From Acidobacteriota bacterium (GTDB taxonomy: Bacteria > Acidobacteriota > Vicinamibacteria > Vicinamibacterales > CAVVIG01): 49,132 nt of DNA. The notes beneath the pieces are model-generated. The model was not told where the DNA came from. It saw only the letters and a program-made list of their open reading frames with translations, and ran no database searches. Below are positions 10,608 through 20,503 of the stretch, piece after piece (the first letter of the stretch is position 1; every line of letters begins with the position of its first letter). The translations under genes and the position numbers were made by a program. The stretch lies in the NCBI GenBank assembly GCA_023265175.1, contig JAHFUI010000008.1, positions 13,170 through 62,301 on the forward strand, in the 5' to 3' direction.

Positions 10608-11366
10608 TTATTGATTCTGGGGTCGAGGCGGCGGAGGAAATCCCGGCGGAAGAAATCCCGGCTGCCCGGGCTGCGGTGCCGGTGCGGGTACCACCATGCC
10701 GGGAACAGACACGCCTACCGGAGTAGAAGTCCGCGGGCCCGGATATGAAACCCCAGTGGGCAGCGCAGCAGGCGCTCCCTGTGGCGGGAAAAGCGGCTGC
10801 TGTGGCTGACTGCTCACGGCGCCGGACACCGCCCCCTGCTGCGGATTCGTGACTTGAGGCGGTGGGAACGCGAACACCGCGCCGCCTGGGTTCTGAAGCG
10901 TCACCCCTTGCCCACGGTCATCTTCACCAGGAAACGGCGGCGCCTGCTGTGGGAACGGGGCCGGCTGTGCGAATACCGGCGGCGGCGCCGCGGTCGTCGA
11001 TGACGCCGGAGCGATACTGGCCGGGATCACGACGATGCGCTCGAAGGCGGACACGTTGCCATCAGACGTTGTACGCGGCGCCAGGATGACGCCACTGATT
11101 GATCGCAGGACGATGTCGAGCGCCTGCCGTTCCGGAACGTCCGTCAGTTGCAAGGTCAGTGGTCCGCCAGCGACGCGTTCAGCGTTGATCACCTTGGTCT
11201 GACCGACTCGTTCCCATTCGGCAAGAATCTGCCGGACCGTCGCGTTCTTGGCGACGAGCGTGACGTGGCCGCCTTGCAGCGTGAGCTGCACGTCGGCCGA
11301 CGCGGTCGACACCACGCCCACCACTGCGAGCACATTGACCGCTGCCGCCACCGAAAAGTTGGGCAT
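10608..11366 (-). CDS. Exported hypothetical protein with a secretin/TonB N-terminal (STN)-like segment and a Pro/Gln-rich tail
   Basis: Signal-peptide-like N-terminus ending TASA-D, then VTLVAKNATVRQILAEW...LTLQLTDVPERQALDIVL, then low-complexity P/Q/G sequence. Confidence 0.7.
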   Translation of the reverse strand: MPNFSVAAAVNVLAVVGVVSTASADVQLTLQGGHVTLVAKNATVRQILAEWERVGQTKVINAERVAGGPLTLQLTDVPERQALDIVLRSISGVILAPRTTSDGNVSAFERIVVIPASIAPASSTTAAPPPVFAQPAPFPQQAPPFPGEDDRGQGVTLQNPGGAVFAFPPPQVTNPQQGAVSGAVSSQPQQPLFPPQGAPAALPTGVSYPGPRTSTPVGVSVPGMVVPAPAPQPGQPGFLPPGFPPPPRPQNQ

Positions 11367-11378
11367 TGAGCTATGACC

Positions 11379-11407
11379 AGTATACGCACGCCTCGCGGTA
11401 TTTCCAA
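11379..11407 (-). promoter_or_regulatory. Sigma70-type promoter TTGGAA-17-TATACT
   Basis: -35 at 11407-11402 and -10 at 11384-11379, 12 nt before ATG 11366. Confidence 0.6.
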
Positions 11408-11609
11408 GCGGGGCGTTTGGCCCCCAATCCGTCGATGAAGCGGCCGGCAGTCCTCGCATGCTGTCTCGGCGTTCGTGGTCGCCGGTTCGCGCGAGCTGGT
11501 GACGCACACGCGTGAGCATCGAGGCGCGGACCTCAGCGCGCGGGCCTGTCACACTCGACCGGTCGTCTTACATCGGACGCCTCCGGCGACACCTGGATGA
11601 TCCAGGGTC

Positions 11610-12210
11610 GTCTAATCCGTCGATACGCCAAGCAGACGCGCCGGCCGATCCCGTTACACGGGCACCGGCAGCAGCCGCAACGCCTCGATCCACTCCGCAA
11701 TCTGGGCCGCCGTGGCCGCCCGCCGCAGCACCAGCTGCCGCGCATGCTGCACCACGCGGCCCGGCGTCTGCAGCATTAAAAACCGCAACCGCTTCGGCCG
11801 CGCCGTCAGCAGCTCCGCGGGCAAGGCTCATCGCGTTCACGCCGTCAGCACGTTGTGTGTCAGCACCGCTAGTCATACCCCCGCTGCCGGACTTTGGTCT
11901 GCACCTCCCGCTGCACCCGCCCAGGCAGCCCGAGCGACCGGAACGTCTGCCCCACGAGCGGCGCGCCGCCAAAGGCCGTGAGCGTTTCGGACAACGGGGT
12001 CGGGTCGATCGCGAAGGGGAGCGGCGATTCGGTCGGGGAAGGGTTCCGCGGTTTCAGCCAGCGGTATTCTATCCGCGGCCGCACCCGCGCGGTGCCGCTC
12101 GCTTGCGCTGGCACGCGATCACGTGCCGCCCCCACACCATCACATCGGCCCTCAAACGCCTCTCCTCGCGCGTCGTCGAGCCGGCCGCTTTGCTTATCGA
12201 CGGATCAGGG
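11610..12210 (-). mobile_element. Internally deleted IS1380-family element (about 600 bp) with both terminal inverted repeats
   Basis: Imperfect 24-bp TIRs at 11610-11633 and 12187-12210 (19/24). Transposase-like N-terminal fragment LPFAIDPTPLSETLTAFGGAPLV...RQRGYD abuts a C-terminal fragment LAVLTHNVLTA*TR*ALPAELLTARPKRLRFL...PGRVVQHARQLVLR. Confidence 0.8.
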
Positions 12211-12223
12211 TTGGCCCGCACGG

Positions 12224-13180
12224 CTAGCGGAAATAGTCGATGACTTGAACCAGGATATCGTCGAGATTGTGCTGCGTTTTGTACCCGATAAGTGCCGTCA
12301 CCTTGCTCAGGTCCGGCAACCGCCGGGGCATGTCCTCGAATCCCGATTCATACGCATCGTCGTAGGGGGTGTATGTGATAAGGGACTGAGAGCCGGCAAG
12401 AGCTCGCACGCGCTCAGCGAGCGCCTGGATCGCCACTTCCTCCGTGTTCCCGATGTTGATGACCTGACCGATGGCCTTGGGCTCGCCGACGAGCGCGAGC
12501 AGTGCGCCAACAACGTCGGCGACGTGCGTGAAAGCGCGCGACTGTGTCCCGTCGCCGAAGACGGTGATCGGCTCCCCCGCCAGCGCCTGCCGCACGAAAG
12601 TTGGGATGACCATGCCGTATCGACCGGTCTGCCGTGGCCCCACGGTGTTGAAGAAGCGGACGATGATGACCGGCAGCTTGCGCTCTTTCCAGTACGCGAG
12701 CGCCAGGAACTCGTCGATGGCTTTGCTGCACGCGTACGCCCAGCGATGCTTGGTCGACGCGCCCAGCACGAGGTCGGAATCCTCGCGAAACGGCACGTCG
12801 TCGCTCTTGCCGTACACCTCGGAGGTCGACGCGATGACCACGAGCTTCTTTTTCTTGCTGGCGTGCTTCAGCACGACCTCGGTGCCGTGCACGTTGGTTT
12901 CGATGGTGTGCACCGGCTGTTCGACGATCAACTTCACGCCGACGGCCGCGGCGAGATGAAAGACGACGTCGCTGCGATCGATGAGCTCGGCGAGCAGCGG
13001 CTCGTTGTTCACCGAGTCGATGAAGTATTCGAACCCGGACCGCCCCTTGAGGTGCGCGATGTTATCGATCGACCCGGTCGACAGATTGTCCAGGATCAGC
13101 ACCCCATGTCCGTGTGCGAGCAGGGCTTCGGACAGATGCGAGCCGATGAATCCCGCTCCACCGGTGATCAGCGCTCGCAC
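12224..13180 (-). CDS. NAD-dependent nucleotide-sugar epimerase/dehydratase (extended SDR)
   Basis: [40 protein letters not shown] start at 13180. Confidence 0.93.
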   Translation of the reverse strand: MRALITGGAGFIGSHLSEALLAHGHGVLILDNLSTGSIDNIAHLKGRSGFEYFIDSVNNEPLLAELIDRSDVVFHLAAAVGVKLIVEQPVHTIETNVHGTEVVLKHASKKKKLVVIASTSEVYGKSDDVPFREDSDLVLGASTKHRWAYACSKAIDEFLALAYWKERKLPVIIVRFFNTVGPRQTGRYGMVIPTFVRQALAGEPITVFGDGTQSRAFTHVADVVGALLALVGEPKAIGQVINIGNTEEVAIQALAERVRALAGSQSLITYTPYDDAYESGFEDMPRRLPDLSKVTALIGYKTQHNLDDILVQVIDYFR

Positions 13181-14274
13181 GAGACGTGTCCTTTCAGAAT
13201 GACTGCCGCCACCTCGGCGACGTTCTCGTTCTCCATCCGCGGATGGAGCGGCAGCGAGACGATCTCGTCGCAGATGCGCGCGGCGATCGGGCACTCGGCG
13301 GGAGCGAACTGCGCGAACGCCGGTTGCCGGGGAATCGGAAACGGGTAGTGAACGAGCGTCTCGATGCCCGCGGCGCCTAGGCGACGTTGCAGCGCGTCCC
13401 GTTCGGCTGTCCGGACGACGAACAAGTGGTACACGTGCCCGTCATCGCACCCGGTGGGAAGGGCGATCGGTCCGCCGGCCAGCGCAAAGCGGTAGCGGTC
13501 GGCGAGGTCGCGCCGCCGATCCGTCCAGCCGCGCAGGCGCGGGAGGCGCGCCGAGAGAATCGCCGCCTGGATCTCGTCGAGCCGTGAATTGCAGCCAGGC
13601 TCCTGGTGGCGGTAGCGATCCGTTTGGCCGCCGTTTCGCAGCCGCTTGATGCGATCCGCCAATAATCGATCGTTGGTCACCACGGCGCCGCCGTCACCCA
13701 GCGCGCCGAGATTCTTGGTGGGATAAAAACTGAACGCGCCCGCCACGCCGATCGTTCCGACCGGCCGTCCTCCGGCGGTCGCCAGGTGCGCCTGGCAGCA
13801 GTCTTCGACGATGGGCAGGTTGTGCGCCGTCGCGATGCGGTCGATCGCCGCCATGTCGGCCGCCTGCCCGTACAGGTGAACCGGAAGAATGGCTCGCGTC
13901 CGCGGTCCAATCGCTTCAGCGATCCGCTCGGGGTCGATCGTGTAGCGAACGGGATCGATGTCGGCGAAGACCGGCCGGGCTCCGACCATCGTCACGGCGA
14001 GCGCTGTGTACGCCGCGGACAACGGCGTGGTGATGACTTCGTCGCCCGGTCCAATCTCCAGCGCCCGGAGGATCAGCATGAGCGCATCGGTGCCGCTGCC
14101 GACGCCAACCGCATACGACGCGCCAGCCGCCGTTGCGAATTGCTGTTCGAATTGTTCGACCTCGGGGCCGAGGACGAACCAGCCGCGAGCGACGACGCGA
14201 TCGATCGCGCGCCGAATCTCCGGGGCGTCCTCGCCGGGCGTCAACGACACGAATGGGATGCGCGGGACGGTCAC
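13168..14274 (-). CDS. DegT/DnrJ/EryC1/StrS family PLP-dependent sugar aminotransferase
   Basis: [42 protein letters not shown]. Confidence 0.96.
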   Translation of the reverse strand: MTVPRIPFVSLTPGEDAPEIRRAIDRVVARGWFVLGPEVEQFEQQFATAAGASYAVGVGSGTDALMLILRALEIGPGDEVITTPLSAAYTALAVTMVGARPVFADIDPVRYTIDPERIAEAIGPRTRAILPVHLYGQAADMAAIDRIATAHNLPIVEDCCQAHLATAGGRPVGTIGVAGAFSFYPTKNLGALGDGGAVVTNDRLLADRIKRLRNGGQTDRYRHQEPGCNSRLDEIQAAILSARLPRLRGWTDRRRDLADRYRFALAGGPIALPTGCDDGHVYHLFVVRTAERDALQRRLGAAGIETLVHYPFPIPRQPAFAQFAPAECPIAARICDEIVSLPLHPRMENENVAEVAAVILKGHVSCER

Positions 14275-15302
14275 GGGCTGCTCGGCTCCGGCGTGTCTGT
14301 GGCGTCGACGTACTGACGGTAGTGCTGCCGGTAGAAGGCCACGGTTCGATGAAGTCCATCACGCAGCGAGATGGACGGCGCCCAGCCGGTGGTGCCAGCG
14401 AACTTCGACGAGTCGGCATAGAAGCTGCCGATGTCGATGGCCTTTTTCTCGGCGGGCCACTCGACGTACTGAACTCGTCCCGACTGCGCCACATCGACTA
14501 GGAGATCCGTCACCTCGCGGAGGCTGTGCGGCGCCTCGCCGCCGACGTTGAACGCTTCGCCGTTGCACGCATCGTCGGCGCCCGCCCGCAGAAACGCATC
14601 GGCCGCATCGTCGACGTAGACGAAGTCGCGGAGCTGCGAGCCGTCGCCGTAGATGTGGATCACGCCGTTCTCGATGGCGACCCGGATAAACCACCCGATG
14701 AAGCCCTGGCGGTTGTGCCTGATCAACTGGCGTGGGCCGTACACGTTGGTGAGACGCAGCGAGCAGGCGCGCACCCCGAACACGTTGTTGTAGACGAGGT
14801 GGTAGTACTCGCCGGCCGCCTTGTTGATGCCGTTCACGTCGGTGGGGCGCACCAGGTGCGATTCCCTCACCGGCAGCGAATCCGGCCGTCCATACACCTG
14901 ACGCGTGCCGGCGAAGACGACCTTCACGCCTGGATTGTAGGTACGGCAGGCCTCGAGGACAGTGAGCTGGCTGCGGCAGTTGATCTCGAGGTCGCTGTAG
15001 GGATCGCGCATGCTGTCGATGTGACTCACCTGGCCCGCGAGATTGAAGATCACGTCGCGATCGCGCACGAGGTAGTTCATCGTGCTCTGCTGACGGACGT
15101 CGGCGATGTTGACCTGCAGCCGATCGGCCATGCCATCGATGTTGAACAGGTTGCCGCCGTAATCAGGGATCAGCGAGTCGACGAGCAGGACCCGGGCGCC
15201 GAGGTCGACGAGTTGGCGGGCGAGATTACTGCCGATGAAACCGAGGCCTCCAGTGATCATGACCTTGCGGCTGCGGTAGAACTCGCGGTAGCTCACGGTC
15301 AC
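14271..15302 (-). CDS. NAD-dependent epimerase/dehydratase family protein
   Basis: [30 protein letters not shown] in place of Yxxx[11 protein letters not shown]. Confidence 0.92.
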   Translation of the reverse strand: MTVSYREFYRSRKVMITGGLGFIGSNLARQLVDLGARVLLVDSLIPDYGGNLFNIDGMADRLQVNIADVRQQSTMNYLVRDRDVIFNLAGQVSHIDSMRDPYSDLEINCRSQLTVLEACRTYNPGVKVVFAGTRQVYGRPDSLPVRESHLVRPTDVNGINKAAGEYYHLVYNNVFGVRACSLRLTNVYGPRQLIRHNRQGFIGWFIRVAIENGVIHIYGDGSQLRDFVYVDDAADAFLRAGADDACNGEAFNVGGEAPHSLREVTDLLVDVAQSGRVQYVEWPAEKKAIDIGSFYADSSKFAGTTGWAPSISLRDGLHRTVAFYRQHYRQYVDATDTPEPSSP

Positions 15303-16105
15303 GGGCGCGGCGGACCGGGATACACGCGGTTGGCCGGGTCGGCGGCCCGCTGGGCGAGCGGCGTCACGCCGGCGCGCAGGTGCTCACGGCGAATGACGAG
15401 CGCGTACCACAACACCAGCAGGTCCCGGCCCGTTCTGAAGAGACGTCGAACGTTGAAGAACTCTGATTTGCCGAACGCGCGATGGTAATGATGCACCGGC
15501 ACTTCGACGATGCGGAATCCGCCGTCCTGGATCTTCTTCATCATCTCGACGCAGATGATCCCGCTGGTCTTCGCGAGATTGATGCGGTCGAAGATCGCGC
15601 GGCGCATCAGCCTGAAGTCGCAATCGACGTCGCGCAGCTTCAGGCCGAACAGGATGCTGACGATGTAGTGATAGAGGCGTCCGATCACGATGCGATGAAA
15701 CGGATCGGCGCGGCTGATTTTGAAGCCGTTCACGAGATCGGCGTCTGGCGTCATCCTGGCCCACAGCACCGACAGTTCCGCGGGATCGTACTGCGCGTCG
15801 CCGTCCGTGTAGAAGATCAGCTCCTTGGTCGCCGACCGGAAGCCGGTTTGCAGTGCGGCGCCGTAGTCGCGGTTCTTCGGATGATGCACGGCGCGGACTT
15901 GCGGATAGGTCCGCGCGAGCTCGTCGGCGATTTCGGCCGTGCCGTCGGCGCTGCCGTCGTCGACGACGATGACCTCGAAGTCCGGCGTCAGTTCCGATGC
16001 GGCTTTCACGGTGCGAATCACCATGCTGGCGATGGTGCCGCTGTCGTTGTACGCCGGGAAGAAGACGCTCAGACCCGCTGGCTTGTGCGCGGGAGAGCCT
16101 GACAT
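15299..16105 (-). CDS. GT2 glycosyltransferase, DPM1/ArnC-like
   Basis: LSVFFPAYND, VDDGSADGT, YTDGDAQYDP, DVDCDFRL. ATG 16105 preferred because TGCTATGGT overlaps the upstream ATG. Confidence 0.9.
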   Translation of the reverse strand: MSGSPAHKPAGLSVFFPAYNDSGTIASMVIRTVKAASELTPDFEVIVVDDGSADGTAEIADELARTYPQVRAVHHPKNRDYGAALQTGFRSATKELIFYTDGDAQYDPAELSVLWARMTPDADLVNGFKISRADPFHRIVIGRLYHYIVSILFGLKLRDVDCDFRLMRRAIFDRINLAKTSGIICVEMMKKIQDGGFRIVEVPVHHYHRAFGKSEFFNVRRLFRTGRDLLVLWYALVIRREHLRAGVTPLAQRAADPANRVYPGPPRP

Positions 16106-16178
16106 GTGCGGAGCATCCACCATAGCATGAAACCAGGTCGCGCAGCCCGGCCGCCGCCGTCATCATTCGTCATCGTCT

Positions 16179-16895
16179 TCAGGGCCGCGAGTTTCTGGCG
16201 ACGAGGCGCCAGGGAGTCACGAGCGATTCCACGAAGACGGCACCGGAGAGCTTCGATTCGCCCCGACGCCGTTCGACGAAAGCGATCGGCACCTCCGTCA
16301 CACGACAGCCACGCCGGGCGGCGAGGTACAGCGTTTCAATCAGAAACGAGTAGCCGTCGGAGAAGATCCGATCGAGCGGTAACGAGGCGAGCGTCGCGCG
16401 GCGCCAGCACCGGTACCCGCTCGTGCAGTCGCGCACGTGCAAGCGCGTGACCCGACGGACGTAAATGTTGGCGAAACGGCTGAGCACCACGCGGAACAGC
16501 GGCCAGTTGACGACGGTCCCATCGGGAACGTATCGAGAGCCGATGGCGAGGTCCGCATTCGCGACCGCCGCGATCAATGCCGGCAGCCGCGCGGGATCGT
16601 GTGACAGGTCGGCGTCCATCTGGCAGATCACATCGACCGATGCGCCGAGGGCTTTCTTGAAGCCGTCGAGATAGGCGAGACCCAGGCCGCGGGGTCCCGT
16701 CCTGTGCAACACCTCGAGGCGGCCGGCGTATTGGCGCGCCAGGCCGTCCGCGATCTCACCGGTTCCATCAGGAGACTGGTCATCAACAATCAGCAGCCGG
16801 ACGTTTTCGTGCTGCATCACGCCCGCCGCGAGCAGGGTCACGTTGTCGCGTTCGTTGTAGGTCGGCACGATGACGAGTGCCGTCGGCGTGCTCAC
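16179..16895 (-). CDS. Polyprenol-monophosphomannose synthase-like GT2
   Basis: IVPTYNERDN, VDDQSPDGTG, GLGLAY, QMDADLSHDP, IGSRY, DCTSGYR. GTG start overlaps the upstream stop. Confidence 0.92.
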   Translation of the reverse strand: MSTPTALVIVPTYNERDNVTLLAAGVMQHENVRLLIVDDQSPDGTGEIADGLARQYAGRLEVLHRTGPRGLGLAYLDGFKKALGASVDVICQMDADLSHDPARLPALIAAVANADLAIGSRYVPDGTVVNWPLFRVVLSRFANIYVRRVTRLHVRDCTSGYRCWRRATLASLPLDRIFSDGYSFLIETLYLAARRGCRVTEVPIAFVERRRGESKLSGAVFVESLVTPWRLVARNSRP

Positions 16896-17752
16896 GATCG
16901 CCGACCCTCGAAGCGAAGCGATGAGATCTGCTCGGACACGAGGCCGACGAGGAAAATAACGAGGCTCACAAGGATGAGGAGCACCGACGAATTGGTCACG
17001 TGCGACTGGGTGACGATGGTCCACACCGCGTAGCCCGCGCCGAGAAGAAAGGCGGCGGCGCTGATCGGCAGAAAGATTCGCAACGGACTGAAGATCGTCA
17101 TCACCTTGAGCAGGATCAGGACGAAGCGGACACCGTCGGGGCCCAGATTGATCTTGGAGCTGCCCCGTCGCTCGGCCGCTTCGACCGGCTCGAAGCGGAC
17201 GCTGTATCCCGCCTTCATGAACGCCAGAGTCGTCGTCGTCGGCGTCGAGAAACCGTTTGGGAGAAGGTGGAGGAATTCCAGCAGACACTCCTTCTTGGCC
17301 GCGCGAAATCCCGATGTGAGATCCGGAATCGGTCTCTCAGCCAGATAGCCCGCGACGCGGTTCAACGCGTCGTTGCCGACACGACGAGCGAGGTTGGCGT
17401 GTGAGTGACGTGCGCGCGCGCCAATGACGAGATCGTACGCGTCGAGATGGGAGACCAGACGCGCCGCGTCGCTCGGGCGATGTTGGCCGTCGCCGTCCAT
17501 GATCAGAATGAATGCGCCCGTGGCGTGGCGGATGCCCGTTTTGACCGCGGCGCCGTTGCCTTTGTTGTAGGGATGGCGAATCACGCGTGCGCCCGCGGCG
17601 GCGGCCTCTACGGCCGTCGCGTCGGTCGAGGCATCGTCGATCACCAGGATCTCGTGCCACGTCGAGGCGCCGCGCAACGCCGTGACGAGCGGGCCGATGG
17701 ACGCCGCTTCATTGAACGCCGGGATCACGATCGACGTGTGGATCGTCAACAT
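16892..17752 (-). CDS. GT2 glycosyltransferase with two C-terminal membrane helices
   Basis: SIVIPAFNE, IDDASTD, NKGNGAA, MDGDGQH, DLTSGFRA, hydrophobic C-terminus. Confidence 0.92.
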   Translation of the reverse strand: MLTIHTSIVIPAFNEAASIGPLVTALRGASTWHEILVIDDASTDATAVEAAAAGARVIRHPYNKGNGAAVKTGIRHATGAFILIMDGDGQHRPSDAARLVSHLDAYDLVIGARARHSHANLARRVGNDALNRVAGYLAERPIPDLTSGFRAAKKECLLEFLHLLPNGFSTPTTTTLAFMKAGYSVRFEPVEAAERRGSSKINLGPDGVRFVLILLKVMTIFSPLRIFLPISAAAFLLGAGYAVWTIVTQSHVTNSSVLLILVSLVIFLVGLVSEQISSLRFEGRRS

Positions 17753-17771
17753 CCGGTAATCCGCGGTTCGC

Positions 17772-18881
17772 TTACGTTGCAAACCGGAAGTTGATGATGT
17801 CGCCGTCCTGCACGATGTACTCCTTGCCTTCGAGCCGCACTTCACCGTGGTCGCGGCAAGCGGCCATCGTCCCGCGCGCGATGAGCGCGTCGTAGCCGAC
17901 CACTTCGGCGCGAATGAAGCCGCGCGCAATGTCACTGTGGATCTCGCCGGCGGCCAGCTGCGCCGCTGTGCCGCGGGGGATCGACCAGGCCCGGCACTCG
18001 TCTTCACCGACGGTGAAGAAGGAAATGTAGCCGAGCAGATCGTAGCTGGCGCGGATGACGCGGTCGAGGCCGGACTCGGCCAGACCCAGGTCGGCCAGGA
18101 ACGCGGCCGCGTCCCCCGGATCGAGTTGGGCGATCTCGAGCTCGATCTTGGCGCACACCGCGGCGGCCGCCGTACCGGCCCGCGCGAGAAATACCGTGAG
18201 ACCGGTGCGCTCGGCGGCGGTCGACAGGCGTGCCGCGCCCTGACCATTGCCCGTGAGCTGATGTTCATCGAGGTTGATGACGATCAGCAGAGGCTTTGCG
18301 GAGAGGAACTGAAAACCGCGCAGCCGTTTCAGATCATCGCCTTTCAAGTCGAGCGCCCGGAGCGGACGTCCTTCTTCGAGCGCGGCCCGACAGAGAGTGA
18401 CGACGTCGCGTTCGCGTTCGAGCTCGGCGGATCGGTTCTTCCTGAGATCTTTTTCGATTCGATCGAGACGCCGCTCCGCGACGCCGAGGTCGGCGAGGAT
18501 CAGCTCATCTTCCATCGCCTGGGCATCACGCGCGGGATCGATGGATCCGGCCGGATGCGTCACCGCCGGATCGTCAAAGGCGCGGATGACGTGGACCAGC
18601 GCGTCCGCGTTCTTGTAAGCAGCCACGTCGACGAGGGTCTTCACGCCGCCGGTGCTGCCGGGCGCGGCGAGATCCGAGAACTCGACGGTGGCGGGCACGC
18701 GCTTTTTCGGGTTGTACATCGCGGTCAGCCGGTCGAGGCGTAGGTCGGGCACCTTCGACATGCCGATCGACGCCTCGGTCCGGCCGTGCGGCGCGCGCGC
18801 GGAGTCCTTCGCGCTCGTCATCAGCTGAAAGAGCGTGGTTTTGCCGGTCGATCCGAATCCGATGAGTGCGGCTCTGAGCAT
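17772..18881 (-). CDS. ychF: Redox-regulated ribosome-binding ATPase YchF
   Basis: GKTTLF, VPDLRLDRL, FFTVGEDECRAW, AGEIHSDIARGFIRAE, RLEGKEYIVQDGDI. Confidence 0.95.
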   Translation of the reverse strand: MLRAALIGFGSTGKTTLFQLMTSAKDSARAPHGRTEASIGMSKVPDLRLDRLTAMYNPKKRVPATVEFSDLAAPGSTGGVKTLVDVAAYKNADALVHVIRAFDDPAVTHPAGSIDPARDAQAMEDELILADLGVAERRLDRIEKDLRKNRSAELERERDVVTLCRAALEEGRPLRALDLKGDDLKRLRGFQFLSAKPLLIVINLDEHQLTGNGQGAARLSTAAERTGLTVFLARAGTAAAAVCAKIELEIAQLDPGDAAAFLADLGLAESGLDRVIRASYDLLGYISFFTVGEDECRAWSIPRGTAAQLAAGEIHSDIARGFIRAEVVGYDALIARGTMAACRDHGEVRLEGKEYIVQDGDIINFRFAT

Positions 18882-19021
18882 CGATAGTCTCGAACACCAA
18901 ATCTCGCATGCTAGTCGAAGGGGCTAGTTTCGCACGGAATTTCAGCGCGACGTCTGCTCCTTCGACGAGGCGAGCAAAAGGCGAAAATTTTGCGTAACTT
19001 ACTGATGGGATAGATATTGCG

Positions 19022-19050
19022 TTGACTTCCTGCCGAGCCTCCTCTACTAT
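19022..19050 (+). promoter_or_regulatory. dcw operon promoter TTGACT-17-TACTAT
   Basis: Near-consensus -35 (19022-19027) and -10 (19045-19050) with 17-bp spacing upstream of mraZ. Confidence 0.85.
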
Positions 19051-19054
19051 CGGC

Positions 19055-19079
19055 GTGGACTTTTATGGAAGAAAGTGGT
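19055..19079 (+). promoter_or_regulatory. Probable MraZ operator: GTGGA/ATGGA/GTGGT at exact 10-nt period
   Basis: Repeats start at 19055, 19065 and 19075, matching the known GTGG-type 10-bp periodic MraZ boxes. Confidence 0.75.
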
Positions 19080-19099
19080 CTGTAAGAACCGGTATCGCC

Positions 19100-19540
19100 G
19101 TGCTTAGAGGCAACGCACCGGCCCGAATAGATGACAAGGGGCGGCTCAAGGTGCCGAACGTGTTTCGCGCGCTGATGGAAACCAAGTACGGCCGCAATCT
19201 GTTCGTGACCAGCGTCACCGGCGAATACGTACGCATCTATCCCATGCCTGTCTGGCTCGACATCGAGCAGAAGCTCGGCGCGATGCCGTCCACGCACCCG
19301 GCGAGACTGCGCTTTCTCGATCGCGTGAATTATTTCGGGCAGGCCGGCGACCTCGACGCGCAGGGGCGCGTGTTGATCCCGGTGCGGCTGCGCGAAGCCG
19401 CCACCATGGCCGGCGACGTCGACGTGTTGGGCCAATTCAACTATCTCGACGTCTGGAATCACGAACGCTTCCTGACCAAGATGCAGCGCGAACCGTACAG
19501 CGACGACGATGCGCGCGCGCTATCGGAGTTCGGCATTTGA
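19100..19540 (+). CDS. mraZ: Division/cell wall cluster repressor MraZ
   Basis: IDDKGRLKVP and LDAQGRVLIP duplicated motifs. GTG start at 19100. Confidence 0.96.
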   Translation: MLRGNAPARIDDKGRLKVPNVFRALMETKYGRNLFVTSVTGEYVRIYPMPVWLDIEQKLGAMPSTHPARLRFLDRVNYFGQAGDLDAQGRVLIPVRLREAATMAGDVDVLGQFNYLDVWNHERFLTKMQREPYSDDDARALSEFGI

Positions 19541-20424
19541 CGGGACACGTACCGGTCCTGACGGCGGAGGTGCTCCACCAGTTGCGCCCCGAGTTTGGCG
19601 GCGTGTTCGTCGACTGCACCGTCGGCCTCGGCGGCCATTCACGCGTGCTGCTGGCGGCGGGCGCCGCGCGCATCATCGGGTTGGATCGCGATGCCGAAGC
19701 GCTGGACCGGGCGCGCGAGGCGCTGGCGCCGTGGCTCGAAAGGGTCGAGCTCGTGCATGCCGATTACCGGTCGATCGAGGCCGTGCTCGACCGTCTCGGC
19801 GTGGCGGTCGTCGACGGCGCGCTGGCCGATCTCGGCGTGTCGTCGATGCAGCTTGACGAACCCGGCCGCGGTTTCAGCTTCCAGCGCGACGAGCCGCTCG
19901 ACATGCGCATGGACAGAAGCGCGGGGGAGACGGCCGCCGATCTGGTGGCGCGCTCGAGCGAGCGCGATCTGGCCGATGCGATTTTTCAATACGGCGAAGA
20001 GCGCCACTCGCGGCGCATTGCGCGGGCCATCGTCGACGCGCGGCGCCAGTCACCGATTGACACGACAGGACGGCTCGCCGCGATCGTCCGGCGGGCCATG
20101 CCACACCGTGGATGGATGCGCATCGACCCGGCGACCCGCACGTTTCAGGCGCTCAGGATCTGGGTCAACCGGGAGCTCGAGGGACTCGACCGTTTTCTCG
20201 AAGCCGCCGCTCGCCGCTTGCGGCTCGGCGCGCGGCTGGTCGTCATCACGTTTCACTCGCTCGAGGATCGGATCGTGAAGCACACGCTCCGGGCGCTCGA
20301 GCGGAGTGACGTGGCGGCGATGAAAGTTCTGACCAAGAAGCCGATCGTGCCGACCGACGAAGAAGTGCAGCGCAACCCGCGCGCGCGCAGCGCAAAGTTG
20401 AGAGCTGCGGAACGTATTATCTGA
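19537..20424 (+). CDS. rsmH: 16S rRNA m4C1402 methyltransferase RsmH
   Basis: HVPVL, DCTVGLGGHS, DLGVSSMQLD, PLDMRMD, FHSLEDRIVK, NPRARSAKLR. Confidence 0.97.
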   Translation: MTGHVPVLTAEVLHQLRPEFGGVFVDCTVGLGGHSRVLLAAGAARIIGLDRDAEALDRAREALAPWLERVELVHADYRSIEAVLDRLGVAVVDGALADLGVSSMQLDEPGRGFSFQRDEPLDMRMDRSAGETAADLVARSSERDLADAIFQYGEERHSRRIARAIVDARRQSPIDTTGRLAAIVRRAMPHRGWMRIDPATRTFQALRIWVNRELEGLDRFLEAAARRLRLGARLVVITFHSLEDRIVKHTLRALERSDVAAMKVLTKKPIVPTDEEVQRNPRARSAKLRAAERII

Positions 20425-20485
20425 ACCACGAAGCACACAAAGGCCACAAAGATTTCTTTGTGGGCTTTGTGACCTTGGTGGTTCA
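20422..20485. repeat. 9-nt periodic repeat hairpin (ACCACGAAG CACACAAAG GCCACAAAG and inverse)
   Basis: 30-bp arms (26/30 matches) around an ATTT loop. Begins with the rsmH TGA stop. Confidence 0.9.
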
Positions 20486-20503
20486 AGACGGGGACCGGAC
20501 GAC

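Noticed and set aside
11568-11972. 134-aa Ala/Gly-rich ORF
   Set aside because: It is an alternate frame across the IS1380 remnant.
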